A stretch of 64,000 nucleotides of DNA, from NCBI GenBank assembly GCA_937139405.1, contig CAKZPV010000010.1:7864-71863 (forward strand). The letters run 5' to 3'. Source of the stretch: an uncultured Nitrospirota bacterium. GTDB lineage: Bacteria; Nitrospirota; Nitrospiria; Nitrospirales; UBA8639. The position numbers and the translations under genes are program-made. Shown piece by piece: positions 40,888 through 50,561 of this stretch. How positions within the stretch are numbered: the first letter of the stretch is position 1; every line of letters begins with the position of its first letter. Under the pieces are notes generated by a model. It was not told where the DNA came from. It saw nothing but the letters and a program-made list of their open reading frames with translations, and did no database searches.

Positions 40888-41619
40888 GTGTTGCAGATAC
40901 ATGATATACAAACTTCACTCGATTATGTTTTTCAAGAAGAAGCCCTACTGCTAGAGGCCTTGACGCATCGATCTTTCTCCCAATCACAAGAACATCCAAC
41001 AGCCCAACATAATGAACGATTGGAGTTTTTAGGAGATGCAGTTTTCGGCCTCGTAATTAGTGAAAGTCTTGTGGCGATGTTTCCCACGTTTACAGAAGGG
41101 GAACTATCAAAGGTAAAAGCCGGCTTGATTAGCCGAGTCACATTGGCAAAAGCCGCCGGGCGACTTGCACTCGGGAAATGGTTGCGACTTGGGCGAGGTG
41201 AAGAAGCGTCATCGGGACGGGAAAAACATTCATTGTTGGCTAATACGCTTGAAGCCCTTATCGGAGCCGTGTACCTTGATAGTGGATTAGAGTCGGCTCG
41301 TACATTCATTTACCGAGCTCTGGCAACCGAATTTTCTGAATTGCGGGACCGCCCTGAGTTATCTGCGGGAGGAGATTGGAAAAGTCGTTTGCAAGAATGG
41401 GTGCATAAACATGATGGAACAAATCCAGGCTATTGTTTGGTTAGAGAGTCAGGCCCGGATCATCAAAAAGTATTTAGCGTGACCGTCGACATTCGTGGGC
41501 ATGTCATGGGTCATGGTGAGGGAAGCACAAAAAAAGAAGCGGAACAACGTGCAGCGGAACAAGCTTTCGCACAGGTGAGTCATCAGAGTTCTGGTACAAC
41601 AGGAAATTTACATGAATAG
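40888..41619 (+). CDS. rnc: Ribonuclease III
   Basis: NERLEFLGDA, EALIGAVYLD, C-terminal dsRBD (KSRLQE..KKEAEQ). Confidence 0.97.
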   Translation: MLQIHDIQTSLDYVFQEEALLLEALTHRSFSQSQEHPTAQHNERLEFLGDAVFGLVISESLVAMFPTFTEGELSKVKAGLISRVTLAKAAGRLALGKWLRLGRGEEASSGREKHSLLANTLEALIGAVYLDSGLESARTFIYRALATEFSELRDRPELSAGGDWKSRLQEWVHKHDGTNPGYCLVRESGPDHQKVFSVTVDIRGHVMGHGEGSTKKEAEQRAAEQAFAQVSHQSSGTTGNLHE

Positions 41620-41635
41620 CAATGGAGGAGTGACG

Positions 41636-42244
41636 ATGAATGTTTTTTCAGGGGTATTAGTAAATATTTTTCGACGAGGCATCGTGTTGTTCGGTGTGTT
41701 GGCCATATCGAATGTTCTATTGGTTGGAGTGACCTGGGCGGATGATTCACCAACTGAGAAGCAAGCGCCTCATGTAATGTTAAAAACAAAATTTGGTGAA
41801 ATGGAAATTGTCTTATTTCAAGATTTAGCTCCGAAGCATGTAGAAAGTTTCCTCAAGTTAACAAAGTCAGGGTTTTATAATGGCACTATTTTTCATCGGA
41901 TCATTCCAGGCTTTATGATTCAAGGTGGAGACCCGTTGACCAAAGATCCCGCGAATCGAAATAAATTTGGGACTGGTGGTCCAGGCTATACCCTTCCTGC
42001 AGAATTCAGCAAGGTTGTTCATGAAAAAGGCATTCTCTCTGCCGCTCGAACGGCAGATCCTAACAGTGCAGGCTCCCAATTTTTTATCATGGTTGATAAA
42101 GCCCCTCATTTAGATGGCCAATACACGGTGTTTGGAGAAATCCTCAAAGGGGTTGAAGTTGCGGATAAGATCGTGAGTCAGCCTCGTGATTTGCGAGATA
42201 ATCCTGTAGAACGGATTGAGATGACTGTTGAAGTAATGGAGTAG
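41636..42244 (+). CDS. Exported cyclophilin-type peptidyl-prolyl isomerase
   Basis: ATG at 41636 after GGAGGA; signal peptide; FHRIIPGFMIQGGD, SAGSQFFI, HLDGQYTVFG. Confidence 0.95.
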   Translation: MNVFSGVLVNIFRRGIVLFGVLAISNVLLVGVTWADDSPTEKQAPHVMLKTKFGEMEIVLFQDLAPKHVESFLKLTKSGFYNGTIFHRIIPGFMIQGGDPLTKDPANRNKFGTGGPGYTLPAEFSKVVHEKGILSAARTADPNSAGSQFFIMVDKAPHLDGQYTVFGEILKGVEVADKIVSQPRDLRDNPVERIEMTVEVME

Positions 42245-42295
42245 GCGGAAGACCAAAAGGTCTAGAGTGCTAGCATCAATATTAGTGAAAGTGGG

Positions 42296-42955
42296 TTAGG
42301 ACGAGCTGGATTCGGTTTGGTAGTCAAATCCACTCGGGATGACAATTCGTCCACCGGCTCCGGTTTGACGGGCGAGTTGTTCGGCGACATCGGGGTGGCG
42401 TTCCCGGACATAGCCTAATAATCCATGCAAAAATCGATTAGAGCGAAGGCCTGTCCCCGAAAAGCCTTGGATAAACGTTTGAGCTCGATCCAACACTTCC
42501 GTGACCATTGCCGGTTCCAAGTTTTGACGTTCGCCAAAGACCTTAAACTCCTTGCGCAACTCTTCTCCAAAGGCTGGGAGTCCGGTTTCAGGGATTTGAA
42601 TCAAACTAAAACTTCGGCGGAGACTTTGTAGGCCTTCCAGAGCTTCGATATCTTGTGCGTCGCGACGATCTTGAAAGTATCGGAAGGCTAAGGCTTCAAA
42701 GACATAAAAGATTTCTGTCGCTCGTTCTCCTCCAAAATCTAAGAGTTCTCGATAAAAAGTTCTTCGATCTAGTTCAAATCGCCCGCCTGCTCGTTTTTGT
42801 TGATAATCATCATTGGCCTCTAAAAATACACATGAGGCGGGACAAGAAATTTTGCTGATCCGATGCTCGCCACAGCATTGACTGCAAATCATGCCATTCA
42901 AGGCTGGGCATGATCGTTTCCCCTTCCGTTGATGACAATGGATACATTTACTCAT
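42296..42955 (-). CDS. Hypothetical protein with Cys-rich N-terminal putative Zn-binding domain
   Basis: CIHC-x8-C-x7-CSQCC-x9-C-x3-C, followed by a helical domain. Confidence 0.8.
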   Translation of the reverse strand: MSKCIHCHQRKGKRSCPALNGMICSQCCGEHRISKISCPASCVFLEANDDYQQKRAGGRFELDRRTFYRELLDFGGERATEIFYVFEALAFRYFQDRRDAQDIEALEGLQSLRRSFSLIQIPETGLPAFGEELRKEFKVFGERQNLEPAMVTEVLDRAQTFIQGFSGTGLRSNRFLHGLLGYVRERHPDVAEQLARQTGAGGRIVIPSGFDYQTESSSS

Positions 42956-43958
42956 TTGGCTGATCTTTCCTGGGAAAGTTTAATCCATAGTCAGAAAAGG
43001 TTCGTTTCTTTTTGTTGGGCGTATCGTTGGAGGGGCGTTCCAAACCGTTGATTTCTGCGCCTTTGGCATAGAGATATGGGACAAGAATGAGATGGTTGAC
43101 TCGGTCTACACCGATACCTGATGGCGAAAGCAAAAATTCCGCAATGGCTTCTTTCTTTAGGTTAGGACGAATCCGCCAAACTTTTCCCGCTGTCAGATCT
43201 GATATATACATGATTCCATATTGGTCGAAATCAATGCCATCAAGGTTATGGAATCCACCAGAAAAAAATGAGCTGACAAACAGTTCGTGAAGGATGCCTT
43301 TTTCATCAATCTCAAACACTTTCCCATCGTCCCATCCTACACCCATCAGATGGCCATTGCGTGGATGAATGGCTAACCCATGAGGATGAGACAACTTGGC
43401 ATCCTGAATGAATTGAGTAATGGCATGGTCGTGTTCGGGGTCGATTCGAAAAATGGTGTTGGTGTCAGCATCTGAGACATACAACAATTCATGCGAATCT
43501 ACAGTCAGCCCTGTTAAGGACTCAGCATGAAGCTGCGAAAAAGGAATAGTGAGGAGAGGTTGCCCAGTGTTCTTATCAAATCCTCGCACGACGTCAAGGT
43601 CGGCGACATACAACGTGGAACCGATAATGGCCATTTCTTTAGGCGAATGCAGGGTTACTGATTCCTTGCCGCCTTGGATGAAATGGAGGTCGGTGACCTT
43701 TCCCTCTTGATCCGCTGTACTGATAAACCCTTTATTCTCACGGGTGCCAGGATCACCGTTTGCATTGGCAATATAATAGACTTGACCGTTGTCTGCGATG
43801 ATGTTTTGTGGAAACTGGAGGTTGGCAATTTCATAGGCGAGGCCATGAGGTATTCCCACGACCAAAAACCCAGCGAATGTCATAAGAGCGAGTGTCATGC
43901 TGAGGCGAGAGCCTTTCACACGAACTGGAGTGAGCCAAGCGTACTTAGTGTTGTTCAT
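42948..43958 (-). CDS. Exported beta-propeller protein (SMP-30/gluconolactonase/NHL-like)
   Basis: Signal-like N-terminus; repeated blades (LYVAD, LYVSD, PHGLAIHP, LDGIDFD..MYISD, PSGIGVD). Confidence 0.8.
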   Translation of the reverse strand: MNNTKYAWLTPVRVKGSRLSMTLALMTFAGFLVVGIPHGLAYEIANLQFPQNIIADNGQVYYIANANGDPGTRENKGFISTADQEGKVTDLHFIQGGKESVTLHSPKEMAIIGSTLYVADLDVVRGFDKNTGQPLLTIPFSQLHAESLTGLTVDSHELLYVSDADTNTIFRIDPEHDHAITQFIQDAKLSHPHGLAIHPRNGHLMGVGWDDGKVFEIDEKGILHELFVSSFFSGGFHNLDGIDFDQYGIMYISDLTAGKVWRIRPNLKKEAIAEFLLSPSGIGVDRVNHLILVPYLYAKGAEINGLERPSNDTPNKKKRTFSDYGLNFPRKDQPNE

Positions 43959-44026
43959 AGGTATAAAATGACAGCCGTATAACGGGTTTCTTTCAGTGGA
44001 TACGAATAGGATGTTGATGGTTCAAA

Positions 44027-44533
44027 CTATCCAGTGCGAGTATGTTCGAATACTGACAAATCGTCTCCAGTCAGTCTGAATGCTTTGCCAAACCCCATCA
44101 CAAACTGCCCACTCATCGGTGTCAAATGAAACAGGATAAAGTCCGGCAATTGTCGTAACAATCCGGCCATTTTGCCATGCCGTTGCTGATAGTTATCCAG
44201 CAACAGGGCATAATCCTGATTGTCGGGCTCGACAATCTTGGCTTCACACAGATAATTGACCCTGGTTCTAGCGAAAATTTGTGATGTTGATTGCTCATCG
44301 GCAATGATCATGATCGCGACTGTCTTGTTTTCGAGTAAATGACGTGTGTGTGCTGCTAGCTGACTGACAAAGATATAAAAGCTGCTAGGAGCTCGGTACA
44401 GGTAAGGCGTATACCCACAGTGGGGGATGCCATCGGGTCCTAGGGAGGAGAGCTGTAAGCTGTACATTTCCTCTATGAGAGTAGCACATACACTATCCGG
44501 TTGCTCATCGGGCATGGAATCGACGACCTCCAT
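44027..44533 (-). CDS. HugZ/HutZ-like split-barrel (pyridoxamine 5'-phosphate oxidase family) protein
   Basis: GIPHCGYTPY, IFVSQLAAHTRHL, IADEQ....FARTR, DFILFHLTP...FVMGFGKAF. Confidence 0.85.
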   Translation of the reverse strand: MEVVDSMPDEQPDSVCATLIEEMYSLQLSSLGPDGIPHCGYTPYLYRAPSSFYIFVSQLAAHTRHLLENKTVAIMIIADEQSTSQIFARTRVNYLCEAKIVEPDNQDYALLLDNYQQRHGKMAGLLRQLPDFILFHLTPMSGQFVMGFGKAFRLTGDDLSVFEHTRTG

Positions 44534-44589
44534 TTACGGTCTTAGTTGAGAGTCGGAACACAGGTGTTATGACGAAATGCCAACATGAT

Positions 44590-44619
44590 TCACATTGATG
44601 TGATAAGTCAAAGTCACAT
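44590..44619. promoter_or_regulatory. Cluster of TCACAT/ATGTGA half-sites in a divergent promoter region
   Basis: tcacat-tg-atgtga (44590-44603), then 10 nt, then tcacat (44614-44619). Confidence 0.3.
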
Positions 44620-44799
44620 GCAATAGGTGCCTACTGGTTAGTGAAGGGCATGGTAAGTGAGGGTTTCTAAGGGTGTCAAGAAAGGTGCACCTGCTTTGCG
44701 TTGACGAAGTTTTTTGGTGACTGATATCGTAGAATTGTTTTATCCATACCATTTGAGTCTTTCTAATGAAGGACTCCATAGCGTTGAAAAAGGAAAGAC

Positions 44800-45657
44800 A
44801 TGCCTGCCAAAATTCTTGATGGAAAAGCTTTAGCATTGAGTCTTCGAGAAGGTATTGCGCGAGAGGTGAGTGTGCTCGCACAAAACACTGGAGTCAAACC
44901 TGGCCTGGCTGCAATTCTGGTCGGAGATGATCCAGCCTCGGCGGTCTATGTCAGAAATAAGAAAATTGCCTGTGAAAAAGCCGGGCTGTATCCGGAAGAA
45001 CACCTTTTGCCAACTTCGACATCGCAAGAAACGTTGTTAGCACTTATTCATCAGCTCAATGCGGATTCCAAAATTCATGGGATTTTGGTTCAGTTGCCGC
45101 TGCCATCTCACATCGAAAGCAAGGCGGTTTTACAGGCTGTCTCTCCAGAGAAAGATGCCGATGGTTTTCATCCCGTGAATGTCGGACGTTTGGTGGAGGG
45201 TGATCCTGTGTTTGTGCCCTGCACACCGAAGGGTGTTATTCATATGATTGACTCCACGGGGCTCGACATTTCCGGGAAACGAGCGGTTGTGATTGGCCGC
45301 AGTAACATCGTCGGAAAGCCGGTGGGGATGCTGCTTCTGCATAGACATGCCACGGTCACTATCTGTCATTCTCGAACGAAGGACCTTCCCTCGATCGTCC
45401 GTGAGGCGGATATTGTGATTGCTGCGATTGGTAAACCTTTCTTTGTCACAGCGAATATGGTCAAGCAGGGGGCAGTAGTCATTGATGTGGGGATTAATCG
45501 ATTAGACAATGGGAAGCTCGCCGGGGATGTGGATTTTGAACATGTCAAAGAACACGCCGGCTGGCTCACGCCCGTTCCGGGTGGAGTTGGGCCGATGACG
45601 ATTGCCATGCTCCTTCAGAATACCTTGGAATCAGCTAAACGGTTTGCCAAACAATAA
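44800..45657 (+). CDS. folD: Methylene-THF dehydrogenase/cyclohydrolase
   Basis: YVRNK, HGILVQLPLP, KDADGFHP, GRSNIVGKP, TPVPGGVGPMT. Confidence 0.98.
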   Translation: MPAKILDGKALALSLREGIAREVSVLAQNTGVKPGLAAILVGDDPASAVYVRNKKIACEKAGLYPEEHLLPTSTSQETLLALIHQLNADSKIHGILVQLPLPSHIESKAVLQAVSPEKDADGFHPVNVGRLVEGDPVFVPCTPKGVIHMIDSTGLDISGKRAVVIGRSNIVGKPVGMLLLHRHATVTICHSRTKDLPSIVREADIVIAAIGKPFFVTANMVKQGAVVIDVGINRLDNGKLAGDVDFEHVKEHAGWLTPVPGGVGPMTIAMLLQNTLESAKRFAKQ

Positions 45658-45675
45658 GAAGGCTACTGAAACGCT

Positions 45676-46473
45676 ATGAGCTATCTCACTATTCCAGAAT
45701 TTCAGCAACACAAAAAGGAAGGCAAGAAAATAACGGTTGTCACGGCATACGATGCGTTGTTTACCAAAATTGTTGAGCAAGCCGGCTTAGAAGTTATCTT
45801 GGTTGGGGATTCGTTAGGCATGGTCGTGCAAGGAAAGCCTAACACCTTATCCGTTACGATGGATGAAATGCTCTATCATACGCGGATGGTTGCACAGGTT
45901 TCACAGCGAGCGTTGGTGATTGGAGATATGCCGTTTTTGTCTTATCAAGTGAGCGTGGAGGAAGCGGTCAAAAATGCAGGGCGATTTCTTCAAGCAGGTG
46001 CCACTGCGGTCAAGATTGAGGGAGGCCTTTCAGTTGTTGATCGTGTCGAGGCGTTGACGGGTTTTGGTATTCCGGTCATGGGTCATCTTGGTATGACACC
46101 ACAATCAGTCAATCAATCCGGAGGCTATAAAGTCAGAGGCAAGGAACAGGCAGAGGCTGATACCATTTTGCAAGAAGCGAAGACGCTTGAAGCAGCAGGT
46201 GTATTTGGGATAGTGCTGGAATGTGTGCCGAGTGAGTTGGCAAACACGATTACTCAAGAGCTGGCCATTCCGACTATTGGGATTGGAGGTGGGCAAGGCT
46301 GCGACGGACAAGTACTTGTGCTGTATGATATCTTAGGATTGTTTGACGACTTTGTCCCAAAATTTGTGAAACCCTATGCTCATTTAAAAGTCGATGCGGT
46401 GCAAGCGCTCAAGCGATATAAAGAAGAAGTTGAATGTGGAAAATTTCCATCCGATGCAGAAAGCTATCAATGA
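45676..46473 (+). CDS. panB: Ketopantoate hydroxymethyltransferase
   Basis: TAYD, LVGDSLGMV, VKIEGG, GHLGMTPQS, TIGIGGG. Confidence 0.98.
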   Translation: MSYLTIPEFQQHKKEGKKITVVTAYDALFTKIVEQAGLEVILVGDSLGMVVQGKPNTLSVTMDEMLYHTRMVAQVSQRALVIGDMPFLSYQVSVEEAVKNAGRFLQAGATAVKIEGGLSVVDRVEALTGFGIPVMGHLGMTPQSVNQSGGYKVRGKEQAEADTILQEAKTLEAAGVFGIVLECVPSELANTITQELAIPTIGIGGGQGCDGQVLVLYDILGLFDDFVPKFVKPYAHLKVDAVQALKRYKEEVECGKFPSDAESYQ

Positions 46474-46480
46474 AAAAACC

Positions 46481-46529
46481 GTAAGGCGTGAAGAGTAAGA
46501 TGTGAAAAGGAAAAAGTGCAATGTAAAAA
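46481..46529 (+). repeat. Seven-unit degenerate heptamer array
   Basis: gtaaggc/gtgaaga/gtaagat/gtgaaaa/ggaaaaa/gtgcaat/gtaaaaa in exact period 7. Confidence 0.75.
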
Positions 46530-46541
46530 GCATGTGTTTAG

Positions 46542-46730
46542 GAAGCCTATCTGCATGTTTTCTCCCACCCCTATTATGCCCTGACCACCAAAACCGAGGC
46601 ATTTCGTATTAGCGATATTCGAGTCGGCAAGCATCCTATCCGGGTGTGGCACGAAAGCCTGGGTATTTTTGAGAAAATCGCGAACATTCCGGAAAAAGAT
46701 ACCGTTCAGGTCAAGTTTCCCTATTCCTAA
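46542..46730 (+). pseudogene. Start-less C-terminal remnant of a cupredoxin/carboxypeptidase-regulatory-like exported protein
   Basis: After the stop at 46539 the frame reads EAYLHVFSHPYYALTTKTEAFRISDIRVGKHPIRVWHESLGIFEKIANIPEKDTVQVKFPYS*, resembling the HPY(Y/F)AVT..G.F.I.....G.Y....WHE.LG family tail; no start codon precedes it. Confidence 0.65.
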
Positions 46731-46744
46731 TTCCTGCCTCTGTT
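46717..46744 (-). repeat. Pyrimidine-strand heptamer run
   Basis: ttcccta/ttcctaa/ttcctgc/ctctgtt. Confidence 0.45.
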
Positions 46745-46954
46745 CCCTCCTGCTATCATTCAAAGTGTGCTCTCACGTTCTGCCAGGCACTTAGCTCATA
46801 CGCTGAAATATCCTTCAGAATCAATATTTAGTAGCCGAAAATGGTTACGAAAGAGTAGGTCGACCTTGGTACGCCTAGTGCGGCTGTACATGATGTGCGC
46901 CAGGGTGAAGAGGTCTTCATGTGGCAATGATGTCATCTATTTTGAGACAGCGAG

Positions 46955-49900
46955 ATGTTTGAGAATAAGAATTCAGCCGTCATCTGGTTTTTAGGGAAAT
47001 GGCGGAGCAGTTTGGTCTTCCGTATTTCCACCAATTTGACCTTCTCTATAGGTCTGTTGGTATTAGTTGGTGCGGTCTTGATCGGCTATGGTCAACGCGA
47101 ATTACTGCTAGAGGCGTTTCGCGATCGGGGAGTTGCAGTGGCCCGAACTTTTTCCACGGTAGGGGCTGCTGCCATATTGGATAATTTGTTTCGCATTCAA
47201 GAGTCTATGTCAGCCTATGCTGAAGATGATGATCTAAAAGTCTTAGAAGTTCTGGACGAAGACAATATGATCATCGCTTCCATTCGACCGACTACAATTG
47301 GAACGATGGTGGAAGACCCACAGTTGAAGAACGCGCAGAAGATGGGCTCAGAATTACACATGTTTGTGGATACCACTGATGGCGGGACGATGTTTGTGGT
47401 GATCGAGCCCTTGTTGAATGAGGACGAAATCGTCGCGTGGGTCCGTATCGGATTTTCGCTCAATCGTCTTCAGGAACAAGAACGGGAATTGCGGATCGGG
47501 CTAATGATCATGTCGGTCGTCTTTATTGGACTTGCAATTTTTGGAGTAAGAAAAGGAATTTTTCAGATCTTGCCAATTTTAGAGGAACTGATTGAGAAAC
47601 TCCAAGCGGTGGCTCAAGTCACCGAAGGGAACGTCCTCCACAGTACTGAGGGGTTTCATAAACGAGACATAGACTCCAAAGACGGAGAGGTGGAGCAATT
47701 GGTAGGCGTGGCCACACAAGCGGCTAGCTTATTGGAATATCGGACCAAAGCCCTCAAGCGGCTCATGGTGAGCCAAGAAATAAAAAATCGAGAATTTGCC
47801 CGTTTGGCGTCATTTCCAGAAATGAATCCCAATCCGGTCATCGAAATGGATTTTCAGCAGTGCATTTCGTATATCAATCCCTCGGCAAACCGAATGTTCC
47901 CTGAGTTAGCTCAGCTGGGCCTTGGTCACCCTCTCTTCATACAAGTGGCAGATTCATTGGAATGCATTATTTCCAGGAAGGAGAAGACGGTCCTTCAAGA
48001 AGTGACTGAGTCTGATCGTATCTTTGAAATACGGATGACCTTGGTGGAATCTAGTCAGGTGTTGCGGCTGTATTTGCATGAAGTGACGCAGCGAAAATTG
48101 GCAGAGGATCAAGTTCGGCAGGCAGTACGAGAGCTAGAAATCAGCAATCAGGAGTTGGCGCTATCTCGTGACGGTGCTTTGAGTGCTGCGAAAGCCAAGA
48201 CCGATTTTTTAGCGACGATGAGCCATGAAATCCGAACTCCCATGAATGGCGTCATTGGCATGACAGGACTGCTTTTGGATACATCGTTGACTCCTGAGCA
48301 GCGGAAGATGACGGAGATTGTGCAGATTTCTGGTGAATCGTTGTTGACGATTATTAATGATATTTTAGACTTTTCAAAAATTGAGTCGGGAAAGTTGGAG
48401 TTAGAGAATATTCCCTTGAATGCTCAGTCTTGTGTGGAGGAAGTATTGGATCTATTGGCCGGGCACGCCAACGCCAAGAATCTTGAATTGACAAGTTGGG
48501 TTTTCCCTAATGTTACGACGGATTTGTTGGGGGATCCTGGGCGGTTTCGTCAGGTCATGATGAATTTAGTGGGGAACGCCATTAAATTCACGGAAATAGG
48601 AGAAGTGTCAGTTCAAGTCTTATTAGAAGATGAAACCGAGGATGACGTGGTGTTGCAAGTCAAAGTCATCGATACAGGCGTGGGAGTGTCACCAGAGCAG
48701 CAAGCCAAGTTATTTCAGGCGTTTACTCAAGCGGATAGTTCCACGACTCGAAAATTTGGAGGAACAGGGTTGGGTTTGGCGATCTGCAAACAGTTGGTAG
48801 AGCATATGGATGGGACCATTGGAGTTATCAGTGAGGATGGGGAAGGCAGTTGTTTTTGGTTTCGCATACGTCTTGATAAAGCGCATAGCGATCAACCGAC
48901 TTGCCTCACAGATCAACCCCTGGCTGGAATCAAGTTGTGTTGTGTCGATGATAATGAGACAAATCGCATGGTGCTTTACCAATATGCGCAGACGTGGGGA
49001 GTCGAAGTGGAGGTTGCAGAAGGAGGCCATCAAGCTTTAGCCCTTCTTCGAGAGAGTCATGCCCAAGGTAAGCCCTTTGATATGGTCCTTATCGATATGA
49101 GCATGCCCGAAATGAATGGAACGAAACTGGCCAAGGTGATTAAAAATGATTCTGAGCTGTCGAATCTGAAATTAGTATTACTCACGTCTGCTGGTTTTCG
49201 TGGAGATGATAAAAAGGCACAACAAATAGGTTTTGATGCCTATCTATCCAAACCAATTCGTAAAAAAGATCTCCAAGTGTGTCTGGCAATGATTATGGGT
49301 CGACATGATATGTTCGTTCCCCCGCTTTCTGACGGGGCGCTTGGAAGTCCAATCAATTCGGAGCAAAGGGCTCGAGTTGGCCATATCCTTGTGGTCGATG
49401 ATCATGTGGTGAATCAACAACTTGCAGAAATGATGCTGCTCCGTTTAGGTCATCAGGTTGATCTGGTGGGCAATGGGCTTGAAGCGATAGAAGTCATAGG
49501 GCGTATTCGGTATGACTTGGTATTGATGGATTGCCAAATGCCAGAAATGGATGGGTATGACGCGACAAAAAAGATTCGTGAAATAGAAAGCATGAACTGT
49601 GAAGCGTTAGACGTAAAGGGTGAATCGAATGAAGAATGTTTTACTGACGTTTTACGCCTCAGACCTGAGGGCACGCTTCGCGTGCCGATTGTGGCTATGA
49701 CGGCCAATGCAATGCAGGGTGATCGAGAAAAATGTTTGGCAGTTGGTATGGACGATTACATCAGTAAGCCCATCAAATCAGAGGATTTAGCTGAAATAGT
49801 GAACAAATGGTTGCACGCGAAAGGTACTGCTGAAGGGACAGATGAGCCCAAAGTGGAACCAACATCGCGGATCGATGCCCATTCTTTGGTTCCTGTTCAG

Positions 49901-50272
49901 GTGGAGGCGGCGGAACCGCTGCTCTCCCCACAATTGGTTGCTGACTGGAGAATAGCCGGAGGCAGTGCCTTTGTCTCGAAATTAGTGAGTCAATTCGTTT
50001 CGGATGCCACGGCCAGTGTCGAAAAAATTCAGGCGGCCTTAGAATCGGAAAACGCCAACGAAGTGCTTGAAGCGGCGCATGGCTTGAAGGGGATGTCCGC
50101 GAATATGGGGCTCACAGAGTTAGTCAGAGCGGCCCATCACATGGAAACTCTGGGCCGGCATTACAATCTTCAAGATGGCTCTTCTGTTTTTGATTCAGTG
50201 CAGAAGGAGTTTGCTCGTGTCCATGAAGCACTTCAAGATGTGCTAGAGCAAGAAGAACTCTCTTCTAAATAA
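46955..50272 (+). CDS. Hybrid sensor histidine kinase (TM-periplasmic sensor-TM-PAS-like-HisKA-HATPase-REC-REC-Hpt)
   Basis: [37 protein letters not shown], two REC domains (LIDMSMP; LMDCQMP), AAHGLKGMS. Confidence 0.95.
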   Translation: MFENKNSAVIWFLGKWRSSLVFRISTNLTFSIGLLVLVGAVLIGYGQRELLLEAFRDRGVAVARTFSTVGAAAILDNLFRIQESMSAYAEDDDLKVLEVLDEDNMIIASIRPTTIGTMVEDPQLKNAQKMGSELHMFVDTTDGGTMFVVIEPLLNEDEIVAWVRIGFSLNRLQEQERELRIGLMIMSVVFIGLAIFGVRKGIFQILPILEELIEKLQAVAQVTEGNVLHSTEGFHKRDIDSKDGEVEQLVGVATQAASLLEYRTKALKRLMVSQEIKNREFARLASFPEMNPNPVIEMDFQQCISYINPSANRMFPELAQLGLGHPLFIQVADSLECIISRKEKTVLQEVTESDRIFEIRMTLVESSQVLRLYLHEVTQRKLAEDQVRQAVRELEISNQELALSRDGALSAAKAKTDFLATMSHEIRTPMNGVIGMTGLLLDTSLTPEQRKMTEIVQISGESLLTIINDILDFSKIESGKLELENIPLNAQSCVEEVLDLLAGHANAKNLELTSWVFPNVTTDLLGDPGRFRQVMMNLVGNAIKFTEIGEVSVQVLLEDETEDDVVLQVKVIDTGVGVSPEQQAKLFQAFTQADSSTTRKFGGTGLGLAICKQLVEHMDGTIGVISEDGEGSCFWFRIRLDKAHSDQPTCLTDQPLAGIKLCCVDDNETNRMVLYQYAQTWGVEVEVAEGGHQALALLRESHAQGKPFDMVLIDMSMPEMNGTKLAKVIKNDSELSNLKLVLLTSAGFRGDDKKAQQIGFDAYLSKPIRKKDLQVCLAMIMGRHDMFVPPLSDGALGSPINSEQRARVGHILVVDDHVVNQQLAEMMLLRLGHQVDLVGNGLEAIEVIGRIRYDLVLMDCQMPEMDGYDATKKIREIESMNCEALDVKGESNEECFTDVLRLRPEGTLRVPIVAMTANAMQGDREKCLAVGMDDYISKPIKSEDLAEIVNKWLHAKGTAEGTDEPKVEPTSRIDAHSLVPVQVEAAEPLLSPQLVADWRIAGGSAFVSKLVSQFVSDATASVEKIQAALESENANEVLEAAHGLKGMSANMGLTELVRAAHHMETLGRHYNLQDGSSVFDSVQKEFARVHEALQDVLEQEELSSK
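49599..49661. repeat. Heptamer inverted-repeat element in frame within the second REC domain
   Basis: gtgaagc/gttagac/gtaaagg/gtgaatc; 49600-49614 pairs with 49647-49661 (12 Watson-Crick pairs, 1 G-T, 2 mismatches). Confidence 0.7.
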
Positions 50273-50490
50273 TATTTTTCATGCGTTAATATTTTCATTT
50301 CCACTTCACTTTTCCTCATTTGATCGCAATGTGTTGGTGATTGCGTAGGTCACCGATCCTGTAGTTGCTTGGAATAGCCTTGTCTTTGGATGTGAGCCAA
50401 GTCAATTCCCATACTTAAAGAGAAGAGGGGACAAGTAGAAGGCGAAAAGAATGGAATGAAATTCTTCTGCCTTGACATGCTGGATTAAGC

Positions 50491-50519
50491 TTGCCACAGC
50501 AGGGTATTCTTAGTATGCT
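50491..50519 (+). promoter_or_regulatory. Putative sigma70 promoter for the pheA operon
   Basis: TTGCCA-N17-TATGCT; an additional TTGACA lies at 50472. Confidence 0.5.
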
Positions 50520-50561
50520 CGTGGCTAAATTATCTTTGGTAAGTAGAGAGAAAAGGGATTC

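Noticed and set aside
42250-42263. agacc-aaaa-ggtct hairpin as a bidirectional terminator
   Set aside because: The 5-bp stem has no flanking T or A tracts; too weak to call.
44700-44799. ZTP or THF riboswitch upstream of folD
   Set aside because: Only a small hairpin (gagtc..gactc); the conserved aptamer motifs are absent.
46481-46529. CRISPR interpretation of the repeat arrays
   Set aside because: Units are 7 nt, tandem, degenerate and lack spacers; no cas genes.
46767-46994. 75-aa ORF upstream of the histidine kinase
   Set aside because: No RBS or motif; overlaps the kinase start.
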